64,000 bases of DNA from Candidatus Cloacimonadota bacterium (GTDB lineage: Bacteria; Cloacimonadota; Cloacimonadia; JGIOTU-2). Shown piece after piece: positions 8,528 to 17,295 of this stretch. The stretch covers positions 199,475 through 263,474 of the forward strand of contig JBNGBT010000005.1 of the NCBI GenBank assembly GCA_049903315.1, written 5' to 3'. Under the pieces are notes generated by a model. That model was given only the letters and a program-made list of their open reading frames with translations, searched no databases and was not told the DNA's origin. Numbering within the stretch: position 1 is the first letter of the stretch; every line of letters starts with the position of its first letter. Both the position numbers and the translations under genes were made by a program.

Positions 8528-8924
8528 CAGAATTTTCTTTTGTTTCTTTTACAAAATTTGAAGTAATATTTTTCAATTCTGTGAGTTTGTTCTTCAGGCG
8601 TTTCAATGCTCTTTTGCTTTCATAACTTTCCATGTCGATCTGCACATTTTCCTTAGTAGAAATATCCTCGACATTTCTCAGCGCTTTTTTCGCTCCCTTG
8701 ATCTTGAATTTCTTTTCGTAGAGCAGGTATTGGATCTTTTTCAGAAGTTCGATATCCTTTTGTGTGTAGCGTCTGTTCGAGCCTTCCTTGCGTTTTGGAT
8801 TGAGCTGCGGGAATTGAGTTTCCCAGAACCTGAGCACATGGGGTTTGACATCCAGAATATTACATACCTCGCTCATTGTGTAGTAATATTTTGTTTTTTG
8901 TAGAGTGATGCTTTTAATGGTCAT
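8520..8924 (-). CDS. MerR-family HTH transcriptional regulator
   Basis: KYYYTMSEVC..LDVKPHVLRFWETQFPQLNPKR...NRRYTQKDI..L..I..LLYEKKFKIKGAK. Confidence 0.9.
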   Translation of the reverse strand: MTIKSITLQKTKYYYTMSEVCNILDVKPHVLRFWETQFPQLNPKRKEGSNRRYTQKDIELLKKIQYLLYEKKFKIKGAKKALRNVEDISTKENVQIDMESYESKRALKRLKNKLTELKNITSNFVKETKENSDA

Positions 8925-10414
8925 TTTGCTCTTTTCATTACAAATAATGGTAAAATTATCGAAATTATTATGATCACAAAGCTGAACCAGAAACAGAGTG
9001 GTGCGAAGAGGTAGCCGATATTCACAAAAAAAGTTTTTCTATCTGATTCCTTCACGGTCAGTGTACTTGTGATATTTATTTTTTCATAGACATCCGTTTT
9101 GATAACAGTTTTTCCTTTGGGATTTACAATGTAGGAGATGCCTGTATTTGCTGCGCGGATAAGAGGAAGTCTGGTCTCTACTGCACGGATCATTGTGTTA
9201 TTTGCATGTTCATGGGGGAGCACAGTCTGTTTGAACCATGCATCGTTCGTGATGACCACAAGGACTTCCGCACCGATCTTGGCATATTTACGAGAAAGTT
9301 CAGGAAACACACCCTCAAAGCAGATCAAGAGAGAAAAATTCAGATTATCGATCTTGTATAGAGGATACTCTGTTCCAAACTCAAAATTCGCCTGTCCGAA
9401 CTGTAATTTCTCAAGAATAGGAAAGGTGCTGAGGAGAGGGATCCTCTCACCAAAAGGCACAAGCCGTATTTTATTATATTTCTCGTGAAAAACACCAGCA
9501 GTGTCTATCATGGTGGCACTGTTGTAAAATTTATATTTTGGATGATTTTTTACCATTTCAACTGCATAATCAGGGAAACCAGTGAGTACAGATATCTTGT
9601 TATCCAATGCATAATTTTGAAGACGCTTCCTGTATTTGGGCTCATGCAGAATATAGGTGGGAATTGCAGATTCAGGCAGGATCACGACATCTACATCATT
9701 TACCTGCGCCAGGATACGCACCTGGTTTTCATATTCATCGATCGTAGGAATGAGATTCTCTGGTTTCCACTTGTCTTCCTGCATAACATTAAGCTGTACG
9801 ATCCCGATCTTCAGATCAGAACTTTTTAGTTGTATTGTCTTATCGCGATAAATTCCGTAGCCAAACCAGAGCACAAAAATTATGAGAATAACAAGTAAAT
9901 TCCTGGATTTGCCAGAAAGCACTTTATAAAGCAGGACATTGATAAACAAAACAAGAAGAGATAATCCGTAAATACCGAGGAGATCGGCAGCTTGTATGAG
10001 AAGATAGTATTTTGAAAGAGAATATCCCACATTCAACCAGGGGAAGTTCAGAGAACCCAGCGTCATTACATATTCGAAGCCGACCAATATAATCGGGAAC
10101 ACCCACAAAAATATCTTAGGGAAGCTTTCATGCACTTTACGCAGGAAAACAGAGAGTATGGCAAAATACAAAGGAAGTGCAATGATGAGTCCGATGAAGG
10201 CGATCAACTTCACATTAAACACACCATATAATGTGATCAGTGTGACGAAAAGTCCAAAGAGAAATCCAAAAAGAAATGCTTGTTTCGGAGTTGATTTGAT
10301 GATAAAATAGAGGTAGGGTATAAATGCAAAAAAACAGAGGAATCCCACTCCAATATCAATGAAGGAAAGTCCAAATAACAGACCAGCCAAAAGAACAAGA
10401 ATTAAATTTTTCAT
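8921..10414 (-). CDS. lnt: Apolipoprotein N-acyltransferase
   Basis: Multiple TM segments, FPWLNVGY, VILPES, YNKIRLVPFGE, ICFE, ITNDAWF, RAVETR..LIRAANTGIS. Confidence 0.95.
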   Translation of the reverse strand: MKNLILVLLAGLLFGLSFIDIGVGFLCFFAFIPYLYFIIKSTPKQAFLFGFLFGLFVTLITLYGVFNVKLIAFIGLIIALPLYFAILSVFLRKVHESFPKIFLWVFPIILVGFEYVMTLGSLNFPWLNVGYSLSKYYLLIQAADLLGIYGLSLLVLFINVLLYKVLSGKSRNLLVILIIFVLWFGYGIYRDKTIQLKSSDLKIGIVQLNVMQEDKWKPENLIPTIDEYENQVRILAQVNDVDVVILPESAIPTYILHEPKYRKRLQNYALDNKISVLTGFPDYAVEMVKNHPKYKFYNSATMIDTAGVFHEKYNKIRLVPFGERIPLLSTFPILEKLQFGQANFEFGTEYPLYKIDNLNFSLLICFEGVFPELSRKYAKIGAEVLVVITNDAWFKQTVLPHEHANNTMIRAVETRLPLIRAANTGISYIVNPKGKTVIKTDVYEKINITSTLTVKESDRKTFFVNIGYLFAPLCFWFSFVIIIISIILPLFVMKRAK

Positions 10415-10506
10415 ACGCTCTTTTTATAAGATAAAATATTTTTTACAATTCGTGTTGTGCAATAGAATATTTGTAAAGTAATTCTTAAGAAAAAAAGTTT
10501 ATATGG

Positions 10507-11430
10507 CTAATTAGCAATCAGTTGGAGCACATGAAGCTTATTGCCTTCGAGTACGCCGATCGATGAACCAAAAGCGATGATTGCGGTCGGCTTGATGATG
10601 TTTGCTGCATCAGAAACCTTCCCTATAGGGCGAGGTTCAAAGGACATTCTCCGCGCAACATAGATAGTGGTTTTATCATCCAAATAATAATAAAAGTTTT
10701 TGGTCGAAGTGATATCGACAAGGGTGTTGGGAGGAATGATCTCATGAAGTAATCCGCCGAAACTATCAAAACAAAAGATAGTATTTTCACCGAGATCAGC
10801 AATATAGTTCACTTCGAGTGCAGTGCAGATCTTGTGTGGATGATCGAGATAGAATTTCCCGAATTTGAAGCGTATATCGTTCTTTTTGGTAAAGCAAAAA
10901 ACCTGGTTTGCAAAGCTGTCGTAAATCAGGAGTTCGCCTGTATCCTGAACTGCAATAAGTTCTGGTTCGGTCATTTCCATTGGAGTAAACGAATTCACAT
11001 ATTGCCCGAAATCATCAAACTGAACGACCACATTCGCGACATCATCGACCACGAAGACATTTCCAAAACTATCTACAGCAAAATCTGATATATGCACGAA
11101 TTGGCCTTTATCAAATCCAAACTCCCCGATACGCTGAAGGATTTTACCCTTTTCGTCAATGCGGTAGAGCACATTTTTAAGTTTATCCAGCGCGATGAAG
11201 GAGTTCGTGTAGTTGCAGTAGCGAATTTTTCTCGCTTGAACAGGAAGAAGAATCTGTGATTTATGTACAAATCCACCGGGAAGGGGTTTTGTGTCGGAAA
11301 TCGTCATGCTTGAGCAGGAAATAATGCCAAAGATCAGTAACAAGATAAATGTTTTTTGTATATAAAGATTTAAAAAAGCATTATTCTTAATCTTAACCAG
11401 TTTATGTTTTTGAGTTATTATATTATGCAT
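10507..11430 (-). CDS. NHL-repeat/beta-propeller protein, possible lipoprotein (start uncertain)
   Basis: GEFGFDKGQF...DFAVDSFGNVFVVD NHL-like blades. Hydrophobic stretch ending IISC resembles a lipobox. Confidence 0.6.
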   Translation of the reverse strand: MHNIITQKHKLVKIKNNAFLNLYIQKTFILLLIFGIISCSSMTISDTKPLPGGFVHKSQILLPVQARKIRYCNYTNSFIALDKLKNVLYRIDEKGKILQRIGEFGFDKGQFVHISDFAVDSFGNVFVVDDVANVVVQFDDFGQYVNSFTPMEMTEPELIAVQDTGELLIYDSFANQVFCFTKKNDIRFKFGKFYLDHPHKICTALEVNYIADLGENTIFCFDSFGGLLHEIIPPNTLVDITSTKNFYYYLDDKTTIYVARRMSFEPRPIGKVSDAANIIKPTAIIAFGSSIGVLEGNKLHVLQLIAN

Positions 11431-11454
11431 CTTACGATTTTATTTACTGTTCAT

Positions 11455-11515
11455 TTCTCTGAGTTCTCTGCTTGCCTGGGCGAAGTGCCACGAAGACCGG
11501 TGTGCTCTGTGGTTT
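11455..11515. repeat. Degenerate CTCTGnG repeat arm with a nested CTTGCC...CGAAG unit
   Basis: TTCTCTGAGTTCTCTG-CTTGCCTGGGCGAAGTGCCACGAAGACCGG-TGTGCTCTGTGGTT, between recJ and the NHL gene. Confidence 0.45.
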
Positions 11516-11546
11516 CATATTCACTGATTTCATTTATTAAGACGTA

Positions 11547-13259
11547 TTATTGTGATGGACGAATGTCCTTTAATTTGCCCTGTATTTTTGAAATATTCTG
11601 CCAGTTATTTTCCTCGAGAGAGTATGCAATATCAATGCGGGAACCCTTTTTCAGGAAGGGTACGAGATCGCCCATATTGAATCCGATGAGATCGAGTGTT
11701 TTTTCATTCTGCAGCGCTTTTATTTTGAGATGATTCATGCCGACGGTGTAGGGATAGCCTACGACCATCACATTCGAGCTCATAAAGATGGGATTCATAT
11801 TTTTCGGTCCGAAAGGTGCGAACATTTTGAGCCATTTTATAAGTTCATCATCTATTTGCTGGAGATTAAGTTCGTCAACCACGCTTACTTGCGGCTGTAT
11901 TTCCTGTTCAGAAAGAATTTCTCTAGCATATTCATTGAGTTTCTCATCGAGTATATCAATATATTCGGGCAGGATTGTGAGTCCGGCAGCGTATTTATGA
12001 CCACCAAAACTGATGAGGTAATCCTCGAAATGGGTAAGACATTCAAAGATATTGAAATTATGAATACTCCGCCCGGAGCCGCTTCCTTCACCTTCTGAGA
12101 GAGTTATCAGGATGGTTGGCCGGTTATATTTTTCCACAATTTTTGAAGCGACAATGCCGATAACACCCGGATGCCAGTCTTCTGCAGCAAGAGTAATGAA
12201 ATAGGTGTTATTCATGTCCGGATATTTTGATTCTATCATATCACAGGCAGTTTTGAATGTATCCTGATCGATCTTCTGGCGTTTGAAATTCTCTGAATCA
12301 ATAGAGAGTGCGAGGTTCTTTGCAGTTTCGGGGGTTGTGGCAGTCATGAGTTCCACAGCTCTGTCCGCACTTCCCATTCTGCCTGCTGCATTGATACGCG
12401 GGGCAAGTTTGAATACGATATCACTGGACTTGAGCACCACTTTTTTCAAACCGGATAGATTGAGCAGGTAATTGATGCCCATATTTTTTCTTTTCTCAAG
12501 GCGGTCTATACCAAGCCGTGCAATGATCCGGTTCTCGCCTGTGAGAGGAACTATGTCTGCAATCGTGCCCAATCCTGCAAGGTCGCAATATCCTTCAACT
12601 GCTTCATGACCATCTCTCCCTGCTTTGATAAATATCGCAGTGAGTACTTTGAGTGCGATGCCTGCACCGGAAAGCTCGGAATAGGGATAGGTTGAATCCT
12701 TCAATTTTGGGTCGATTATCGCGTATGCTTCCGGTATCACTTCTTTTGGAGTATGATGGTCCGTCACGATCACATCAATGCCATAAGTATTCAAATCAGC
12801 GATTTCATCCACTGCATTAATGCCGCAGTCCACAGTAATAATGATCTGTGCCTGCATGGATTCTATTGCTTTGTTGCCTGTAAGAGATAGCCCGTAACCC
12901 TCGATCATTCTATTCGGTATGTAGAAATCCACATTTGCACCGAGTTCACGCAGACCCATCAGGAGGATCGATGTCGCGGTGGTGCCATCCACGTCATAAT
13001 CCCCATAAATGATTATCTTTTCTTTGTTCTCGACTGCGCGGATAATGCGTTCTACTGCTTTATCCATATCTTTGAAAAGAAATGGATTATGCAGATCTTG
13101 ACTGGAGGGGCTAAAAAATATCTCAGCTTTTTCCGGGGTGTCTATTCCATGCAGGGCAAGTAATTTCGCAATAACTGGAGGGCAGCTAAGCTTTGTTGAA
13201 AGCTCATCCAGCACCTGTTGATCAACGAAGATTTCCTCTTTGATCCATTTTTTTCTCAT
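11547..13259 (-). CDS. recJ: Single-stranded-DNA-specific exonuclease RecJ
   Basis: YGDYDVDG, PNR..EGYG, TVDCG, TDHH, GTIADIVPL..ENR, PRINAAGR, GSGRS, FGGHKYAAG, PFGPKN. Start moved to ATG 13259 (GGAG RBS) because the longer ORF overlaps rnpB. Confidence 0.96.
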   Translation of the reverse strand: MRKKWIKEEIFVDQQVLDELSTKLSCPPVIAKLLALHGIDTPEKAEIFFSPSSQDLHNPFLFKDMDKAVERIIRAVENKEKIIIYGDYDVDGTTATSILLMGLRELGANVDFYIPNRMIEGYGLSLTGNKAIESMQAQIIITVDCGINAVDEIADLNTYGIDVIVTDHHTPKEVIPEAYAIIDPKLKDSTYPYSELSGAGIALKVLTAIFIKAGRDGHEAVEGYCDLAGLGTIADIVPLTGENRIIARLGIDRLEKRKNMGINYLLNLSGLKKVVLKSSDIVFKLAPRINAAGRMGSADRAVELMTATTPETAKNLALSIDSENFKRQKIDQDTFKTACDMIESKYPDMNNTYFITLAAEDWHPGVIGIVASKIVEKYNRPTILITLSEGEGSGSGRSIHNFNIFECLTHFEDYLISFGGHKYAAGLTILPEYIDILDEKLNEYAREILSEQEIQPQVSVVDELNLQQIDDELIKWLKMFAPFGPKNMNPIFMSSNVMVVGYPYTVGMNHLKIKALQNEKTLDLIGFNMGDLVPFLKKGSRIDIAYSLEENNWQNISKIQGKLKDIRPSQ

Positions 13260-13282
13260 CGATTCTCCAAACCAAATATGCA

Positions 13283-13692
13283 GAAGATAATAATAAGCCG
13301 AATTCTGTTTCCCGAAGTACAAGTTCGGGACGACGATCATTTATCTATCTCAGACTTCACAGCACTTTTCTGAAGAAAAGCTCACAGTCCTTTCTGTGAC
13401 TGAGTTCGGCGGTCTACCCGAGAGTATGACGAATGGAGCATTTCGTATCCGTCCACTGACGGATTCCTCTTCTATTTGACCTTGCACCAATAAGGTTTTC
13501 CAAGCTGCCAATGTCACCACCGGCACTGGTGGTCTCTTTCACCACCTTTTCACCCTTACCCCGACAAGTCGGGACGGTTTATTTTCTGTGGCACTCTCTT
13601 TCCATCACTGGAACTACGTGTTACGTAGTATTGTGCTCCTGGTGTTCGGACTTTCCTTCTCCCAAAAGGGAGGCGATCGTCTAATTATCTTC
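13283..13692 (-). ncRNA. rnpB: RNase P RNA, bacterial type A
   Basis: The minus strand has GAAGAUAAU...GAAGGAAAGUCCGAAC...AGUGCCACAGAAAAUAAACCG...GUAAGGGUGAAAAGGUGGUG...GCAAGGUCAAAUAG...AGAUAAAUGAUCG...ACAGAAUUCGGCUUA...UUAUCUUC, with complementary ends (P1). Confidence 0.95.
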
Positions 13693-13696
13693 AGCA

Positions 13697-14401
13697 CTAT
13701 TTAGGTGCAATTAATATTCTTGAACAATTTTCGCATGTTATGATCTTGTCATTATTAGAAACTTCAACCATAATCTGCGGGCGGACACGAAAATGACAGC
13801 CGGTGCACGTGCCTTTGCTTAAGGTCACTACTGCTTTTCCCTGTCCATGCTTGATAAGTCGCTGATACCTGCGGAAGAGAAGGTCGGGGATTTCTTTTGA
13901 TAATTTTAATTTTTCAGCTTCCAGTGCATCGACCTTTTTTTGAAGTTCAGCAACCTGCTTATCGATCTTTGCTTTTTCCACTTCAAAGATCTTTTGATCC
14001 TTTTGAAAAAGTTCTTCAAATTTCTTTTTTTCTTCTCTGAGAACAGACTCTTCTTCCATGAATTCAATAAGCTGTTCTTCGATGTCTGCATTTTTTTCTT
14101 TTCGATGAGTGATCTCTGCGTTAAGGGCTTTGTATTCCTTGTTCGTTTTGACAGAAAGCAACTGATTCTCGTACTTATTAATATCCTGATTATTGGATGT
14201 GATGTCAAGCTCCAGTTTTTTCTGCTGCATAAGGTTTTGCTCGAGCCGCTGCGTGATATTCTTCACAGACTCCTGTTCGGAACTGTATTTTTCTTCCAGC
14301 TCTTGCACGACCTTTGGCAAACGCTTGATCTCTTTCGTATTTCGCAGGATCTTATCATCAAGCTCCTGCAGATTTTGTAAAATCTTGATCTCTTTAAGCA
14401 T
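13697..14401 (-). CDS. Coiled-coil protein with C-terminal C4 zinc ribbon (DUF164/CT398-like)
   Basis: LQELD..I, VKTNKEYKALNAEI, long coiled coil, CTGCHF...CENCSRIL. Start at ATG 14401 with GGAG RBS. Sits directly upstream of rnpB. Confidence 0.88.
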   Translation of the reverse strand: MLKEIKILQNLQELDDKILRNTKEIKRLPKVVQELEEKYSSEQESVKNITQRLEQNLMQQKKLELDITSNNQDINKYENQLLSVKTNKEYKALNAEITHRKEKNADIEEQLIEFMEEESVLREEKKKFEELFQKDQKIFEVEKAKIDKQVAELQKKVDALEAEKLKLSKEIPDLLFRRYQRLIKHGQGKAVVTLSKGTCTGCHFRVRPQIMVEVSNNDKIITCENCSRILIAPK

Positions 14402-14642
14402 GTCTGACTCCAAAAGAATTGTGAAAATATATGATAACAAAAAAGGCACTTATGTTTTCCATAAATGCCTTGTAATATATGTTTTGTGGTGCTATTGTTT
14501 TACACAATCTTGTAAAGCCCATTTTCGTTGGACTCTCATGTTTTTTTCCCGCTGCACATATAATATATTTTTCCATAAACGTAGGAGTAAGAATGCTGGC
14601 TTGTGTAAATTATTGTCAAATTTTTAAGGATTCATAGGCAAT

Positions 14643-14696
14643 CCTCTCCCTTTTATTCCCTCTTCCCGACTTGTCGGGGAGAGGGCTAGGGTGAGG
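14643..14696. repeat. REP-like palindromic element overlapping the stop of the upstream gene
   Basis: CCTCTCCC...CCCTCTTCCCGACTTGTCGGGGAGAGGGCTAGGGTGAGG, nested inverted repeats. Confidence 0.55.
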
Positions 14697-16098
14697 TTAT
14701 CTTCACAACCTTCCCAACATATGTATTTTCGCCTTTAATCTTGATCAAATAAACACCCGCTCCAACTTCTTTCCCATGCATATCTTTCCCATCCCATTCA
14801 ACTTTATTCATTTGTAATTTTAAATTTTGAATTTTTAATTCTCTTATGAGCTGCCCTTTGATATTAAAAATATCTAATGTCACTCTAGAAGATTTATCTA
14901 AATTAAATGATATTTTAGTTCCTTGATCAAAGGGATTTGGTGAGTTATGAATATTTATAATGTCGGTTGGAATAATTTGATTATTTTCATCAACTGCAAC
15001 CTGCCCAGTGCAATCTGTTTTTGTAAGCATGATATAATCATCCCAATTCATTTCATACTCCCCAGCACAAATAAAATGATTATTATTAATTCCCAAACAT
15101 TTATCTCCTCTTCCACTATTGCCATTTAAGTTAGACACCCACAAACTGTCACCATTGCAACTATAAGCATATAAGTTTCCTCTACCGTATCCAATAATAT
15201 ATAGTGAATCGCAAACCATACTTCTAAAACCATAATCATAAGATGAACCAAATTCACTTAATATAAAAATAACATCCCCATAATTTGTAAGCTTTATGAG
15301 TACGCCATATATTGTTTTATTATCAGGTCTAAAATATCCAGAAACAAAAATTTCTTCATATATATTTTCTATTACACAAAAACCTTCATCAAAATTTCCA
15401 TACCCATCAAAGGTACGTGACCATAAAGAATCCCCAATTGAGTTAACTTTTAAAGCAAAAATATCAGATCCATTACCGCTAGTATAACCTGTGGCAGCAT
15501 AACCTCCGTCAGAGGTTTTAGTTATTGATTGGACACTGCCATTTCCACTGCCACTTAAATAATAAGTATATTCCCAAAGGATTTCAGCATTTTGAGTAAT
15601 TTTTCTCATTGCAGGTAAACCATTCATTCTTCCTGCAAGGATTATATTTCCATCATGAGTCAAATCCATAGAATGAATATACAAATCCTGTCCATCAACC
15701 ACCCATTCCCGATTCCCTTCAGAATCCCTTTTTATCAATGCAGTACCTCCCCACAAAGAATACACAGCAGATAAAAAACCACCGTCCTCTGTTTGCACAA
15801 AAGCAGAGGATTCCGATTCCTCGATCCAGCTTATCGTGTCCTTTTTTGCCCAGAGGAAGTTGCCGAGACTATCTGTTTTCATCAAATAACCCCATTGGAC
15901 TTCTGTCCAGTCATCAAAGTAATAGTAGAAGCCATTTACTGCAAAACCACCATCATTGCAAACGACAACATCTTCTACATAGTAATCTCCATCACCAAAA
16001 GGTTCATAGGTCTTTGCCCATGTATCTGTGGCTGAGAGCTGAATGGAGAATGTGAACAATAAAATGATAAAAAAAATGATATAATTTTTATAATTCAT
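14686..16098 (-). CDS. Secreted beta-propeller-repeat protein with FlgD-Ig/T9SS-like C-terminal domain
   Basis: Signal peptide, repeated T.DGG...G / KTDSLGN.LW blades, C-terminal SPNPF...IFNIKGQLIR...WDGKD..G..V..GVY. Confidence 0.8.
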   Translation of the reverse strand: MNYKNYIIFFIILLFTFSIQLSATDTWAKTYEPFGDGDYYVEDVVVCNDGGFAVNGFYYYFDDWTEVQWGYLMKTDSLGNFLWAKKDTISWIEESESSAFVQTEDGGFLSAVYSLWGGTALIKRDSEGNREWVVDGQDLYIHSMDLTHDGNIILAGRMNGLPAMRKITQNAEILWEYTYYLSGSGNGSVQSITKTSDGGYAATGYTSGNGSDIFALKVNSIGDSLWSRTFDGYGNFDEGFCVIENIYEEIFVSGYFRPDNKTIYGVLIKLTNYGDVIFILSEFGSSYDYGFRSMVCDSLYIIGYGRGNLYAYSCNGDSLWVSNLNGNSGRGDKCLGINNNHFICAGEYEMNWDDYIMLTKTDCTGQVAVDENNQIIPTDIINIHNSPNPFDQGTKISFNLDKSSRVTLDIFNIKGQLIRELKIQNLKLQMNKVEWDGKDMHGKEVGAGVYLIKIKGENTYVGKVVKITSP

Positions 16099-16135
16099 GG
16101 TTACCTCCTTAACTAAATAGGTTTTTCATAATTCT

Positions 16136-17287
16136 TTATGATTTTGATGGATCATGTTCCTGGATAAGCATTTTGCCGAGGAAACTTTTCTTGAGGGAAA
16201 CTGCATGTTCGGGGCAAATTTCTATACAGCACATGCAGAGGATACATTTTTGCGGATCAAGTTTTGGCGCAAGATCATTTTCTTCGAGAGTAAGAGCTTT
16301 GCCGGGGCAGAATTTCACACATGCCTTACACTGCACACATTTCACGGGTTCGAAGTAGGGGATCGTCCAGAAGAAATGTTTGAAAAATCCCTTTAAAGGT
16401 ACTGAAAGGAGGTTGAGTATCCTGTTTTTTCTTTTACTTGCCTGGATGTTGCAATGGGGGAGTTTATAATTTTCTTCAAAATCCCCGGCGAATTCAAATT
16501 CATTATAATGTAATCCTTCTCTCTCAGCAGCTATTCGAGTAGTCGGTATTTTTTCTGGTTTATATCCCATGACTTTGCTCGCAAAAAAGTCGAGTGCTAT
16601 TGCATTTTTGCTGCCGAGTACAATATCAAATTTTTTCACATCACCTGTCGAAGGTCCGTCTCCATCCATGCCGATTATACCATCTATCAGATTGAAGGCA
16701 ACCTTGTCCTTTATGATTTCATAAATATCAGCGACGAATTCTGCGAATTTCTTAGGATTCGGTGCAAGCCGGTGCAAGTTGGATTTTGCCAGCCCGGGGA
16801 TAATACCGTAGAAATTCTTAATCGCTCCCGTAAAAAGTGTGTACATGTGAGTCTTGAGTTTTGCGAGGTTGATTATCGCTTCTGCATCGATAAATGCCTT
16901 ATTCACCGTGTATTTTGCGTTCATGTTATAGGTATAAATTCCATTTTTGACTGGATTTATTAGCGTAATTCCATAGAGTTTTGCAAGACTCTCCATACCG
17001 GTCAATTGATATGCCCTCATTGCATTTACTGTACCTCCGGGATTGTCCATAAGAGCTATCTTTATTTTGTGATCTTTGAGTATTTCAATCACTCCTGCAA
17101 CAAGATTCGGATGGGTTGTGATTGCTCTATCCGGCGGGTACGCACCGAGCAGATTGGGTTTCAGAAGTACTGTTGAAAGTGATTTCAAGGTTGGATAGAA
17201 TTCGGTTTCAGTAAAGATGGTATCAAGAGCATTTTTGATCATTGTGATGTCATAAGTTGAACATTTTTTTGCAATTACTTTGTACAT
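16136..17287 (-). CDS. DUF362 domain protein with C-terminal 2x[4Fe-4S] ferredoxin
   Basis: VLLKPNLL, TTHP, INLAKLKTH, TGAIKN.YG, DGIIGMDGDGP, CVQCKACVKFCP and CILCMCCIEICP. Confidence 0.88.
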   Translation of the reverse strand: MYKVIAKKCSTYDITMIKNALDTIFTETEFYPTLKSLSTVLLKPNLLGAYPPDRAITTHPNLVAGVIEILKDHKIKIALMDNPGGTVNAMRAYQLTGMESLAKLYGITLINPVKNGIYTYNMNAKYTVNKAFIDAEAIINLAKLKTHMYTLFTGAIKNFYGIIPGLAKSNLHRLAPNPKKFAEFVADIYEIIKDKVAFNLIDGIIGMDGDGPSTGDVKKFDIVLGSKNAIALDFFASKVMGYKPEKIPTTRIAAEREGLHYNEFEFAGDFEENYKLPHCNIQASKRKNRILNLLSVPLKGFFKHFFWTIPYFEPVKCVQCKACVKFCPGKALTLEENDLAPKLDPQKCILCMCCIEICPEHAVSLKKSFLGKMLIQEHDPSKS

Positions 17288-17295
17288 ATGAGTCC

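Noticed and set aside
13260..13340. N-terminal extension of RecJ in the ORF track
   Set aside because: It overlaps the 3' end of rnpB; ATG 13259 has a good RBS.
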